Assembly: GCA_903955385.1 (NCBI GenBank)
Contig: CAJBNH010000118.1
Coordinates: forward strand, 36,045-100,044
DNA from: an uncultured Myxococcales bacterium
Lineage (GTDB): Bacteria; Myxococcota_A; UBA9042
DNA length: 64,000 nt
Direction of reading: 5' to 3'
Shown: positions 50,162 to 60,209 of the stretch, in pieces
Layout: the number at the start of each line of letters is the position of its first letter
Position numbering within the stretch: the first letter of the stretch is position 1
Made by a program: the position numbers and the translations under genes
The notes under the pieces: generated by a model
What the model saw: only the letters and a program-made list of their open reading frames with translations
Told to the model about the DNA's origin: nothing
Databases searched by the model: none

Positions 50162-51214
50162 ATGCGTTGCACGCCAACCCACCGACATCTCTCTTGGGTC
50201 TGCCTTGCCGGACTCGCGTTGGTGCTCGTCTGGACAGGCTGTGGCGGAGCGCCGAAGCGCGAGGACCGCGACCGTGGGCTGTCGGACAGTCCGCTGCGCG
50301 CCGACCTGGACATGGAGCCCCTGCGCGGAGAGTTGGCGGTCGGCATCGGCCTGCTGAACGACGGCGAATTCGACGAAGCGAAGGGAGCTTTCGAGCGCCA
50401 CGTGCAGGCGTTTCCCCGCTCTGCGCTGGGCTGGTACCACTTGGGGCTGGTGGCCGTGGAGCAGTCCAACCGCCGCGCCGCCCGCAGCCACTTCCGCCGC
50501 GCGCTGGACCTGAATCCGCAGCTTCACGGCGCGGCGAGCATGCTGGGGGCGCTGTTCGTCGAGGATGGCGAGGACATCGCAGCGCTGGAAGTGCTGGAGC
50601 AGGCGCACGAGATCGCGCCAGAGGACCCTCGGGTGCTGGGCAATCTGGCGGCGGCGCTGCAGCGGCGAGGTCGATGGACAGAAGCCATTGACATGTATCG
50701 GGAAGCCGTCGCGCTTGCCCCCGGTCACGGCACCCTGCTCTACGATCTGGCACTCGCGCTGCGCGACCGTCACGAGGATGAAGCGGCCCTGGAACGACTG
50801 GACGAAGCGCTGGAAGTGCGGCCGCAATTTGCGCTTGCCAGAGCCGCTCGCGTCGCGTGCCTGCAGGACTTGGGCCGACTGGACGAGGCCGTGGCCTATG
50901 CCGAGGCGACGCTGGACGAGCTGGACGAGCCGGAGCCCGACAACCACCTGGTGTTGGGGCGCGCTCTGGCCGGCCGCGGCGATCTGGACGGCGCGCTGGA
51001 TGCGACCCGCAAGGCCTTGAAGATCAAGGAAGACTACGCACCGGCGCAGTTCGCTCTTGCCGAGATTCTGGACCACCGCGGCGCCAAACCTGAGGCTCTG
51101 GAAGCCTATGGCCGCTATCTGAACAATCCCGCTCGCTCACCGGACGAAGCTCGCCGTGCTCGCGAGCGCCGCAAGGCCCTTCAGGAAGGCTCTGACATTC
51201 GCCCCGCACGCTGA
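50162..51214 (+). CDS. TPR-repeat lipoprotein
   Basis: Lipobox WTGC; many TPR units (e.g. ALDLNP, AVALAP, ALEVRP). Confidence 0.85.
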   Translation: MRCTPTHRHLSWVCLAGLALVLVWTGCGGAPKREDRDRGLSDSPLRADLDMEPLRGELAVGIGLLNDGEFDEAKGAFERHVQAFPRSALGWYHLGLVAVEQSNRRAARSHFRRALDLNPQLHGAASMLGALFVEDGEDIAALEVLEQAHEIAPEDPRVLGNLAAALQRRGRWTEAIDMYREAVALAPGHGTLLYDLALALRDRHEDEAALERLDEALEVRPQFALARAARVACLQDLGRLDEAVAYAEATLDELDEPEPDNHLVLGRALAGRGDLDGALDATRKALKIKEDYAPAQFALAEILDHRGAKPEALEAYGRYLNNPARSPDEARRARERRKALQEGSDIRPAR

Positions 51215-51248
51215 CCTCCACCCGCTACATCCCCCCGCGAGGACCGCC

Positions 51249-52109
51249 ATGGAACGCCCCTGCCGACTGCTGAAAGCCCTTCCCCTGCTTGCACTTCTGA
51301 TCCTGACCGGCTGCCCGGCTGCGGGCGTGTACCGGTCTGCCCGGACGCTGGAGCCCGGCGAGACCGATCTGGGCGCAAACCTGAGCGCCAGCCGCGTCTA
51401 CCGAGGCGAAGTCCATTACGGCGACGGCACCGAAGAGGGCAAGACCAAGGACGCGTCGGTGCACGGCATCGTCAGTGCATTCCCGGAGATCCACGTGCAC
51501 CGGGGCGTGATCCCCAATCTGGAGGCAGGCGCCCGACTGGCCCCCGCCGCGGGGTATCTGGAGCTCGAGGGCAAGTACCGCTTCTTCCAGCAAGACGGTT
51601 GGCACGTTGCCGTGGCCCCGGTTGCCGGTATGGCGCCGTGGGGCAAGTTGTCGCAAGTGCGGCTGCTGCTGCCGTTCTTGGGGACCTACGACCTGAACGA
51701 CCACTGGGGTGTCACCGCCGGCCTGCACGCGGGTTACCGCTGGGTGCACTTGGACGCGGTGTCTGAGTTCCTGCAACCGCAGGAGATCGACGAGCTGCGC
51801 TGGTCCATGGGCGAGGACAGCCCGGTGTGGGGCGGCGGCATCGGCTTCGACTGGCGGACCACGGACTTCTACTTGCGACCGATGCTGACCGTCGAGGGTA
51901 CGGGCGGCGAGATCGGGCCGGTGGGCCAGAAGGAGGGCTACGGGATCACCACGGTCCAGCTGACCTTCTCCGGCGGCTGGACATTCGGCAAGGAGATTCG
52001 GCGCTTCAAGGACGCGGGCGAGCAATTGGATACGCTGATTCAGGGCCGCACGACGCCGACCGAAATGACGCCGAATCCGCCGACGGAGCCCGAAGTTCCC
52101 GTGCAGTAA
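51249..52109 (+). CDS. Hypothetical lipoprotein, probable beta-barrel
   Basis: Lipobox LTGC; SARTLEPGE; alternating beta strands. Confidence 0.65.
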   Translation: MERPCRLLKALPLLALLILTGCPAAGVYRSARTLEPGETDLGANLSASRVYRGEVHYGDGTEEGKTKDASVHGIVSAFPEIHVHRGVIPNLEAGARLAPAAGYLELEGKYRFFQQDGWHVAVAPVAGMAPWGKLSQVRLLLPFLGTYDLNDHWGVTAGLHAGYRWVHLDAVSEFLQPQEIDELRWSMGEDSPVWGGGIGFDWRTTDFYLRPMLTVEGTGGEIGPVGQKEGYGITTVQLTFSGGWTFGKEIRRFKDAGEQLDTLIQGRTTPTEMTPNPPTEPEVPVQ

Positions 52110-52132
52110 CAAAAGGTTCTACGAGCGGGAGA

Positions 52133-53560
52133 TCAGATCGTCGGCACACCTGAACGCTGCAGCGCGCGCAGGCGGTGGCGCAACAGCACGCGAAACCGCA
52201 GGGCCAGCGAGATGGCCACCGTGCACAGTGCCGCCGTCAGCCCCCACCACAGCGTCTGCGGCCCCCACCCCAACCGAAACACCGCGTACCAGCCGAACGG
52301 CAGTCCGATGAGGCCGTAGCCGAGGACGTTGAAAAGCACCGGCACCCGCGTGTCGTCCAATCCTCGCAGCACGCCAAAGCCGATGGCCTGACAGCCGTCG
52401 CCCAGCTGGAAGGCCCCGGCAATCGCCACCAGCATCGCCGCCAGGCCCAGCACGGCGGGTTCGGCGCCCTTGATGTACAACGCCGCGAGTTGATGGCGGA
52501 AGATCAGCATGACCGCCGCAGATGTCACGGCGTAGCCAATGCCGACCGCAAGCGCCGTCCATCCCGCACGACCGATGCCAGCCTCGTCACGGCGACCGAT
52601 GGCATGGCCGACCCGCATGGCCGCCGCCGTGCCCAGCGCCGAGGGCACCTGAAAGGCGACGGCGGCAACGCTCATCGCGACCTCATGGGCGGCAAGGACT
52701 GCGTCGCCCAGCAAGCCCATCCACAGCGTAACGAGCACAAAGCCTGCGACTTCCAAGCTGTATTGCAGTGCGAGCGGCAGCCCGGAGCGGAGGATCTGCC
52801 CAAGGTCGGCGGCCACGGGACCCTGCCAGTGCCCGCGCCACCCCAGCCGGTCCGGTGCGCGGCGAAAGGGAGCGAACACCGGGTGCGTTCGGCAGTAGCC
52901 GGCGACCATCGCGACCATCAGCACGCGAGAAAACACCGAGGCAAGCGCGATGCCGTGCACGCCCATCGCCGGAACGCCCCAGCCGCCCCAGATGAACCAT
53001 TGGCACAGCCCGATGTTGAACACGTTGGCGACGATGGCAGCCACCATCACCACGCGCGGACGCCCGGCTGCCGAGGAGTAGGACCTCCAGGCGCCGAACC
53101 ACATCGCGGGGAGCAACCCGGCCGCGGACCACCACAAGTAGGTTTCCACCACGTCGACGAGCGCCGGCGCCTGCCCCATCGTGCGCAGCAACCACGGCGA
53201 GGCCAGCAAAGCGGCCGTCATCGGCACGGCGCCGAACACCGCCATCCACAGCGACTGGCGGAACAACTGCCCTGCTCGCGCGTGGTTGCCCGCTCCCACC
53301 GCCCGGGCGATGTGCGGGTCCAGACCGTTCATCAGACCGTAGGACGACACCAGCGCGAACACGAAGACGGTCGTCGCCAGCCCTTGGGCCGCCAGAGCAC
53401 CCACGCCCAGCTGACCCGCCATCACTGTGCCCACCACCCCCATCGCCATCTGCGCCAGCGACGCAACCACCAGCGGGGCCGCCAAGTTCAGCAGCGCACC
53501 GAGCTCACGCGGAGCAGGCACGGAGGCAACGGGTGGGACGATGGGAAGAACGGTCGACAT
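52133..53560 (-). CDS. MATE family efflux transporter
   Basis: LNLAAPLV, about 12 TM helices, DGCQAIGFGVLRGLDDTRVP. Confidence 0.92.
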   Translation of the reverse strand: MSTVLPIVPPVASVPAPRELGALLNLAAPLVVASLAQMAMGVVGTVMAGQLGVGALAAQGLATTVFVFALVSSYGLMNGLDPHIARAVGAGNHARAGQLFRQSLWMAVFGAVPMTAALLASPWLLRTMGQAPALVDVVETYLWWSAAGLLPAMWFGAWRSYSSAAGRPRVVMVAAIVANVFNIGLCQWFIWGGWGVPAMGVHGIALASVFSRVLMVAMVAGYCRTHPVFAPFRRAPDRLGWRGHWQGPVAADLGQILRSGLPLALQYSLEVAGFVLVTLWMGLLGDAVLAAHEVAMSVAAVAFQVPSALGTAAAMRVGHAIGRRDEAGIGRAGWTALAVGIGYAVTSAAVMLIFRHQLAALYIKGAEPAVLGLAAMLVAIAGAFQLGDGCQAIGFGVLRGLDDTRVPVLFNVLGYGLIGLPFGWYAVFRLGWGPQTLWWGLTAALCTVAISLALRFRVLLRHRLRALQRSGVPTI

Positions 53561-53605
53561 GAGGGGGCGGGAGTGTAGCAGGATTCGCGCGGGGCGAAGC
53601 GGCCG

Positions 53606-54250
53606 TCAGTCGCCGCGCAGCTTCGTCGGCTGCGGCAAGACCTCGGCGCCGACTTGCCGGTACAGCTCTGTCAGCCACGTCGCCGTGCGGTCCGCCAGAC
53701 CCGGCAGCTCGACGGTGCCCCAGACGAGGGCAAGCAGCCGTCGCGTCTCGGGTCCCGTCTTGGTGCGCTGGGCGTCCTTGACCGCGTTGGCGCAGGGGCC
53801 GTCTGCATCGAACAGGCACAGCAGGCCCTCGACGTCGATGTCGTGGCCGGCGGGGTTGAAGACGTAGCGGTCGCCTGGCCGACCCAAGGCCACCCGAAGC
53901 TCGCCGCTGAGTCGGTCGAGGTCCACCACGCTGATCGGCAAACCCGAGTGCAGCGAAGCGGCGTTGCCCGCGTCTGCGGCGGCATTGATCGACCCAAGCG
54001 TGCCCTCCGCTGCCGCACGGGCCAGGTACTCCGACGCCGGCTTGCCGCGACCGGTGGGCTTGTAGCCACCGCGACGCAGCAGGTCCCGAACCGCCTTGTT
54101 CACGCCCTCGTCCGGTCGGAATGGCGCAGACGCCCCCGGATGCAGCCGGTCCGTGAGCTCAGGGGGCGAGGTGAGTCTTTCGATCGGCGCTGGCAGCACA
54201 ATGGTCAAGGCGCGCAGGTCCAGTAGGGGATGAGGGTCGAGGTACAGCAC
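53606..54250 (-). CDS. Stand-alone B3/B4 (PheRS-beta editing-like) domain protein
   Basis: VRDLLRRGGYKPTGRGKPASEYL..INAAADAGNAASLHSGLPISVVDLD. Confidence 0.82.
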   Translation of the reverse strand: MLYLDPHPLLDLRALTIVLPAPIERLTSPPELTDRLHPGASAPFRPDEGVNKAVRDLLRRGGYKPTGRGKPASEYLARAAAEGTLGSINAAADAGNAASLHSGLPISVVDLDRLSGELRVALGRPGDRYVFNPAGHDIDVEGLLCLFDADGPCANAVKDAQRTKTGPETRRLLALVWGTVELPGLADRTATWLTELYRQVGAEVLPQPTKLRGD

Positions 54251-54283
54251 GGAACTCCTTGCAGCAAGAGGGGTTGAGGACGA

Positions 54284-54976
54284 TCAGTCCCGCTTGGTCT
54301 GGGCGGCCAGTTGCTTGCGAACGGTCGGCGCGTTGCGGACACCGAACTCGAGCCAGCGCTGACGGGTGCGCCACATGCGGTCCATCGACATGTCGCCCAG
54401 CCGGCCTTGGTGAGCCAGCTGCGCCCGACGGCGCGCGACCACTCCCTGCAGCGACATCGCCAGGGCGACCGAGAGGTTGAACGACTGCACCATACCGTAC
54501 ATGGGCAGAATGTAACGGCGATCTGCCGCTGCACGCATGGTTTCGCTGATACCGTTCAGCGCGTTGCCGACCACGATGGCGACGTTGCCCTCAACCGGCA
54601 GCTCGTCCAGCGTCTGCTCGGCCTGCAAGTCCGACACCCAGATCTGGAAGCCCTGCGCCTTGAGCGCCGCGATCGCCCCCTCGGTCGTCTGGTGCAGGTG
54701 CACGTCGACCCACTGCTGGGCGGACTTGGCGATCCCGGCCGAAAGATGCGGCCCGTGGCGTGGGTTGATCTCGTGGACGTCGTGCAAACCGAAGCCCTCG
54801 CACGTGCGCACGCACGCGGCCACGTTGTGGGGGTCGATGATGTCCTCGAACACCGCCGTCAGCGACACCAAACGCCGACGCAGGACGTGGTCCACACGGA
54901 CGATGCGCTCAGGGGCGATGAAGGCCTCGATGGGGTCAGCGTCGGGCCAAGGGAACAACGTTTCTTCTGCAATCAT
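54284..54976 (-). CDS. trmH: TrmH/SpoU tRNA 2'-O-methyltransferase
   Basis: EDIIDPHNVAACVRTCEGFG, VVGN..GIS, LPMYGMVQSFNLSVA. Confidence 0.88.
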   Translation of the reverse strand: MIAEETLFPWPDADPIEAFIAPERIVRVDHVLRRRLVSLTAVFEDIIDPHNVAACVRTCEGFGLHDVHEINPRHGPHLSAGIAKSAQQWVDVHLHQTTEGAIAALKAQGFQIWVSDLQAEQTLDELPVEGNVAIVVGNALNGISETMRAAADRRYILPMYGMVQSFNLSVALAMSLQGVVARRRAQLAHQGRLGDMSMDRMWRTRQRWLEFGVRNAPTVRKQLAAQTKRD

Positions 54977-55018
54977 GCGTGCATCCGTTAAGTGTGGGCG
55001 GAGTCGGGGCGACCGAAT

Positions 55019-56788
55019 TCAGGGAGCGGGCGGCGGCACAGGGCCCATCCGCTGGCTGCGAAGAATCCAGTGGAGGTAGCGCTGTTGGACCATGGGCTTT
55101 TGTCCCTGAAGCAGCGAGAGCTGGCCCGCGGCCACGTCGCCCGCGTGAGTCTCGATCGCCCGCTGCAAGGCGAGGGCGCTGACGGCGAGAGCGGCCTGCA
55201 GCGACTCGGCCGACCTCAACACCGTCGGGTCCAAAGGCTGCCCGGACGCCAAGACGCCCACACCTGCGGGAACCTCCAGCGCTTCGGCCATCGTGCGGTC
55301 GGTCCGCACGTGCAGCTGCGTGTCGGGGTCAGTGCGGTCGCGCTCCCAGCGGGTGCCCTTGCCACCCGCAAGGTCGACCAGCAGGCGCAAGGCCTCGATC
55401 TGCATGGACTGCGACGGCTCAGCCAGCGCGGGCACCGACGACCAGAACAGGTCCTGCGCGTCCAGCGCCTGCAGCGCCGCCCCGACGGTCAGCGCGTCAG
55501 GGTCGTCACCCACACGCTGCAGGAACACCAGCCGCGGCGGTCCCAGCGCGGGAATTGTCGGTGCTTCCGCTTCCTTGGCCTGCCACGCCGTCAACCAATG
55601 GAGGGTCTTGCGACAGTCCAGCACCGTCGGGTCGCACGCGAGCAAGACCTGAAACACTGCGTTCGGCTCTCCCTGACTCAGCAACGGCGGCAGCTCTGTC
55701 TGCGGCTCCACACCCGCAGCGGCCAGCGAGTCGGCCAGCCGCCCTTGCGCCCCCACCCATTCTTCCAGGGCCATGTCGACCCCCACCCAGGCAATGAGAG
55801 CGAGCACGCCAATCGCAAGCAACCGCGCCAGACAGCCGCCTGCTCCACTGCGGGTGTGAACAGGAAAGGCTCCGGGAGATGCAGGGTTGGGCGGCGGCAC
55901 GGGAGGAATCATCGGTCCCGGTCGGTAGGAAGGAACCTCGGGAGGCGGTGGAGGCGGTGGAGGCGGTGGGGGTGGAGGCGGGGTCGGCCGCAACGCGACG
56001 GGTGGCCGCGCGTGCTGGTGCTCAGTGGGCGAGGCACGCTCCGCGGGAGAGGCGTGCTCGGCAACCGGGGCAGGCTCACTGCGACCATGCTGAGGCACCC
56101 GGTTCATCTCCACCGCGCGGGCCTGGACATCGCGGCGCACGGGGCGTTCGGTCGCCATCCGCAACCGCGGCAGTGCCGGCAACCCGCCCACCGAAGGAGC
56201 CAGGTCGTGGAGCAATTCGCGCGCCGGGTCAGGAGGATCCACGGCATCGACATCGACGTAGGCCCAAGCGTCGACCTCGACCGGCCTGCGTGGCGCAAGG
56301 GGCAGAGGTTGACCCGATGGAGCCTCGATCCGCGACACGAACGGCAGCCGGCGGTCGCGTCCCCAGGCAGGCCGGACGATCGGGTGCACCACCATGGCGG
56401 CGAAGCGAGGGTCGGGGGCAGGCACCGCGATCGGCTCCGGCTTGGGCAGCGGGAACAGCCGCGCCCACTCGGGCGACTCGATCCGCTGCACACCCTGCCC
56501 GGCGGGCAGCGAAGGGGCCCGAACCTGCAACAGGTCAGCCCGCACCCGCAACAGAGCCAGCAGGCCGTCCACGTCGAGCCGATCCGCTGTGTGGGCGGAG
56601 AGATAGCCGTCACCGGCACGGTCGGGTTCAACCTGAATCTTGCGGTGCGCAAGGCTGACGTCGATGTCGGCCGACGGCTCGGGAGCGGGAGATGGACGCG
56701 TGCTGGTCGCAGGGACCGCGGGCCCAGACCTGCCCCGGCGTGAACCAGAGACGTCGCTGCGGCGGTCGTGGGTGGTGGGCGCGGCCAT
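55019..56788 (-). CDS. Hypothetical membrane protein: Pro-rich N-half, TM helix, degenerate thioredoxin/DsbA-like C-domain
   Basis: Poly-Pro tract, GCLARLLAIGVLALIAWVGV TM, DRTMAEALEV..VLASGQPL. Confidence 0.55.
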   Translation of the reverse strand: MAAPTTHDRRSDVSGSRRGRSGPAVPATSTRPSPAPEPSADIDVSLAHRKIQVEPDRAGDGYLSAHTADRLDVDGLLALLRVRADLLQVRAPSLPAGQGVQRIESPEWARLFPLPKPEPIAVPAPDPRFAAMVVHPIVRPAWGRDRRLPFVSRIEAPSGQPLPLAPRRPVEVDAWAYVDVDAVDPPDPARELLHDLAPSVGGLPALPRLRMATERPVRRDVQARAVEMNRVPQHGRSEPAPVAEHASPAERASPTEHQHARPPVALRPTPPPPPPPPPPPPPPEVPSYRPGPMIPPVPPPNPASPGAFPVHTRSGAGGCLARLLAIGVLALIAWVGVDMALEEWVGAQGRLADSLAAAGVEPQTELPPLLSQGEPNAVFQVLLACDPTVLDCRKTLHWLTAWQAKEAEAPTIPALGPPRLVFLQRVGDDPDALTVGAALQALDAQDLFWSSVPALAEPSQSMQIEALRLLVDLAGGKGTRWERDRTDPDTQLHVRTDRTMAEALEVPAGVGVLASGQPLDPTVLRSAESLQAALAVSALALQRAIETHAGDVAAGQLSLLQGQKPMVQQRYLHWILRSQRMGPVPPPAP

Positions 56789-56844
56789 CGGTCATCCCCG
56801 AGTTGCAGGACCGGAACGGAGCCTGCCGTGCTGAACCCGAGGGG

Positions 56845-58059
56845 TCAATACGCCAGTTGCAGCTGCAGGAACGCCGTCCAACGGGTCGACTCGTCCGTGC
56901 CGGCGCGGCGCAACGTGCGGTCCTGCCAGGCGGCCTGGATCTTGGCGGCGTCGCCGTCCAAGTAGTAGTTCAGCGCAACCGTGTAGCGCGTGTCGCTGTC
57001 GGTGCGGATGGCCGCATTGGGCTCCCATTCCTCTGCAGCAGCAGCAACTTGAAGGGCGCGGTGGAAGGGCACGTCGGCCGCCACCTGCACGTAGCCGCCG
57101 CGCCAGTCGACCGGCTTTACCCCCAGACTCGCGAGGCTGGGCACCTGCGCGTCCGAGGCTCGTGCGTCGATCGGGTCCCGCGTGCCCTGAAAGCCCTCTG
57201 CGCGCAGCTCGACCCCTTGCCAGCGGGCAGCAGCAAAGGCAGAGAACGCAGTGGTTTCATCGAACTGCTTGATCTGTACGCTCTTGCCGCCGACTTGCGC
57301 CTTCAGCGACGCGTTGTCCTGATAGCTGGCGATACCGCCGCCAAGCCGTACCTTGGGCTTGCGGCCGATGGGGTGGCTGACCAGGTCGTACTTGCCCAGC
57401 GGCGCGACGTCCAACCGCGCCTCGACACGCAGGTTCGTGTTGTCGTTGCCCTCTGTGTTCATGCCGTTGCCGTTGAAGACACCGACGGCCGCCATCACGC
57501 GCTCGCCCAGCCAATCGCCGGACAACAGGACGCCGATGTCGCGGCTGCTTCCGGCCTCTTCCACCACGTCCGGCCGCTCGTAGATCTGCGACTCCTCAGC
57601 CGAGACCAGGTAGGTCTGCGAGAAGATCCGCTTGAATTGCCCAAGCTTCAGTTGCGTACCCAGACCCAGCTCGCGCTCTGCGTAGGCGTTCAAGAGCCGC
57701 ACCATGCCGCGGCCGAAGTCGACCTTGGTGCGCAGCTTCCAGTCCAGAACGTCGGTGGCGACCTCAAGACGCGCGCGCGGCACGGTGAACGAGTCAGTCC
57801 AAGCGGTGGCCAGTGGTCCCGTTGCGCCATCGGGGTTGCCACCGCGCCAGTTGGGACCCAACGCATAGCGCAGTTGCACGATGCCGCCCACCTTTACCGC
57901 GCGCCCAAGCGACTTCTTCCCCGCCTTGGCTTGCTTGGTGGTCGGCGTGACGTCGTCCGCCAAATCAACAGGACCGGCATGGGCTGGGGCCGCCAGCACC
58001 AGGGTCGCAACGAACGGGATGGCAAACGCGAGTCGACAGCGGAGGGCCAGGGAGGTCAT
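56845..58059 (-). CDS. Porin (OprO/OprP-like)
   Basis: Signal peptide, VGGIVQLRY, FTVPRARL, LKLGQFK, RDIGV, GVFNGNG, ends LQLQLAY. Confidence 0.8.
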   Translation of the reverse strand: MTSLALRCRLAFAIPFVATLVLAAPAHAGPVDLADDVTPTTKQAKAGKKSLGRAVKVGGIVQLRYALGPNWRGGNPDGATGPLATAWTDSFTVPRARLEVATDVLDWKLRTKVDFGRGMVRLLNAYAERELGLGTQLKLGQFKRIFSQTYLVSAEESQIYERPDVVEEAGSSRDIGVLLSGDWLGERVMAAVGVFNGNGMNTEGNDNTNLRVEARLDVAPLGKYDLVSHPIGRKPKVRLGGGIASYQDNASLKAQVGGKSVQIKQFDETTAFSAFAAARWQGVELRAEGFQGTRDPIDARASDAQVPSLASLGVKPVDWRGGYVQVAADVPFHRALQVAAAAEEWEPNAAIRTDSDTRYTVALNYYLDGDAAKIQAAWQDRTLRRAGTDESTRWTAFLQLQLAY

Positions 58060-58214
58060 GTCGAAACTCCAGGGTGGGACGGTACCTGCAAGCGCGATGA
58101 AGGCGAAGGCATTCCCGTGGCGATGATCTTGCCCCGGTTTCGTGGTATCAAGCCGCGCCGGCCGTTGCCGAGCACCTTAGCACCACGGCCCCCCTCGCCG
58201 CCAGAGAGCCCGAC

Positions 58215-60203
58215 ATGTCTGAATCTACCCAAGTTTCTCTCGACCAACTCTGCGCCACCACCCTTCGTGGACTGGCGATCGACGCCATCCAGAAGGCCAA
58301 CTCCGGTCACCCCGGAATGCCGATGGGGATGGCCGACGCCGCGCATGTCCTGTGGTCGCAGTTCTTGAAGTTCGACCCTTCGTCCCCCGACTGGCCCGAC
58401 CGCGACCGCTTCGTGCTGTCCGCCGGGCACGGCTCGACGCTGCAGTACGGCCTGCTGCATTTGTATGGGTTCCCGCTAACGATCGAAGATCTGAAGCAAT
58501 TCCGCCAATTGCACAGCCAGACCCCCGGCCACCCGGAGCGCGGGCACACCCCCGGCATCGAGACGACCACGGGACCGCTGGGTCAGGGCTTGGCAAACGC
58601 GGTGGGCATGGCGCTGGCAGAAGCCAGACTGCGTGCGGAGTTCGGCCCCGACCGCATGGACCACTACACCTACGTCATCGTCGGCGACGGCTGCATGATG
58701 GAGGGCGTGGCCTCCGAAGCGGCCTCGCTGGCGGGCCATCTGGGTCTGGATCGGCTGGTCGTCCTGTACGACGACAACGGCATCAGCATCGACGGCAGCA
58801 CCCGCCTGACGTTCACCGAAGACGTCGGCGGCCGCTTCGCTGCCTACGACTGGCACGTGCAGTACTGCGACGGCCACGATCAGGCGAGCGTCGCCGAGGC
58901 CATCCGCAACGCCAAGGCCGAGTCCCGCCGCCCGTCGCTGATCCTGTGCCACACGGTGATCGGCAAGGGCTCTCCCAAGCTCGCTGGCAGCCACAAGGTG
59001 CACGGCGCGCCGCTGGGTGCCGACGAGGTCGCGGCGACCAAGCGGGCAATCGGCCTGGATCCCGAGCAGTTCTTCCACGTTGCGCCGGCCGTCTACGCGC
59101 ACTTGCGCGCCCGCAACCCGGACCGCATGGCCCAGCGTCAAGCGTGGGAACAGCGGCTGGCGTCGGACGAAGCGGGCCAGCGGCTGGTCGCGCGTCTGAC
59201 TCCCGACTTCTCCGATCTGGAGGAGCGCGTGATCTGGCCCAGCCAACCCGTCGGGGCGATGCTGGCGACCCGCAAGGCCGGCAATCAGGTGATCCAGGCG
59301 CTGGCCCCCCACGTGCCCGGATTGTTCGGCGGCAGCGCGGACTTGGGCCACTCGACCTTTGCGACCATCGACTCCAGCGGCTACGTGCAGAAGGGCGACT
59401 ACGCCGGGCGCAACATCCACTGGGGCATCCGCGAGCACGCGATGACAGCGGCGGCCAATGGCCTGTCGACCCACGGTGGCCACGTACCATTCGTCAGCAC
59501 TTTCTTGGTGTTCCATGACTACATGCGGCCCAGCGTGCGGTTGGCGGCGCTGATGGGCTGTCAGGCGGTCCACGTCTACACCCACGACTCGATCTTCGTG
59601 GGTGAGGATGGGCCGACGCACCAGCCGGTCGAGACGCTGGCCGCCATGCGCGTGATCCCCAACCACGTCACGCTGCGTCCCGCCGACCTGGCCGAGACGG
59701 GCGCGGCGTGGAAGATCGCGATCCAGCGCACCAACGGACCGACGGCGCTGTCGCTGACCCGCCAGAACCTGCCAGAGCTGGACCACTCGGCGTGCGAAGG
59801 CGGCGTCCGGGCGGCCGTGGCCAAGGGCGCGTATCTCCTGCAGGAAGCCGTGGGCGAGCTGAAGGTGATCATCGTCGCCTCAGGCTCGGAGGTCCATCTG
59901 GCCGTGGCGGCACGCGACGTGCTGCAGGCCGAAGGCATCGGCACGCGAGTGGTGTCGATGCCCAGCTGCGAGTTGTTCGACGCCCAGCCGTTGGCCTATC
60001 GGCTGCAGGTGCTGCCGATTCAGGTCCGCAAGCTCAGCATCGAGGCGGGGTTGACGAAGGGCTGGGAGCGTTACGTCGGCCCGGATGGCGACTCGATCGG
60101 CATCGACACGTTCGGAGCTTCGGCGCCCGACAAGGTGCTGGCCCAAGTCTACGGATTGACGGTCGACAACGTCGTCGCCAAGGCCAAGCGCCTGTTGTCC
60201 TGA
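58215..60203 (+). CDS. tkt: Transketolase
   Basis: ANSGHPGMPMG, RDRFVLSAGHGS, TTGPLGQG, GDGCMMEG, THDSIFVGEDGPTHQP. Confidence 0.97.
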   Translation: MSESTQVSLDQLCATTLRGLAIDAIQKANSGHPGMPMGMADAAHVLWSQFLKFDPSSPDWPDRDRFVLSAGHGSTLQYGLLHLYGFPLTIEDLKQFRQLHSQTPGHPERGHTPGIETTTGPLGQGLANAVGMALAEARLRAEFGPDRMDHYTYVIVGDGCMMEGVASEAASLAGHLGLDRLVVLYDDNGISIDGSTRLTFTEDVGGRFAAYDWHVQYCDGHDQASVAEAIRNAKAESRRPSLILCHTVIGKGSPKLAGSHKVHGAPLGADEVAATKRAIGLDPEQFFHVAPAVYAHLRARNPDRMAQRQAWEQRLASDEAGQRLVARLTPDFSDLEERVIWPSQPVGAMLATRKAGNQVIQALAPHVPGLFGGSADLGHSTFATIDSSGYVQKGDYAGRNIHWGIREHAMTAAANGLSTHGGHVPFVSTFLVFHDYMRPSVRLAALMGCQAVHVYTHDSIFVGEDGPTHQPVETLAAMRVIPNHVTLRPADLAETGAAWKIAIQRTNGPTALSLTRQNLPELDHSACEGGVRAAVAKGAYLLQEAVGELKVIIVASGSEVHLAVAARDVLQAEGIGTRVVSMPSCELFDAQPLAYRLQVLPIQVRKLSIEAGLTKGWERYVGPDGDSIGIDTFGASAPDKVLAQVYGLTVDNVVAKAKRLLS

Positions 60204-60209
60204 CGAATT

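Noticed and set aside
55940..55985. GGAGGCGGT tandem repeat
   Set aside because: Encodes the poly-Pro linker in frame; no sign of a phase-variable tract
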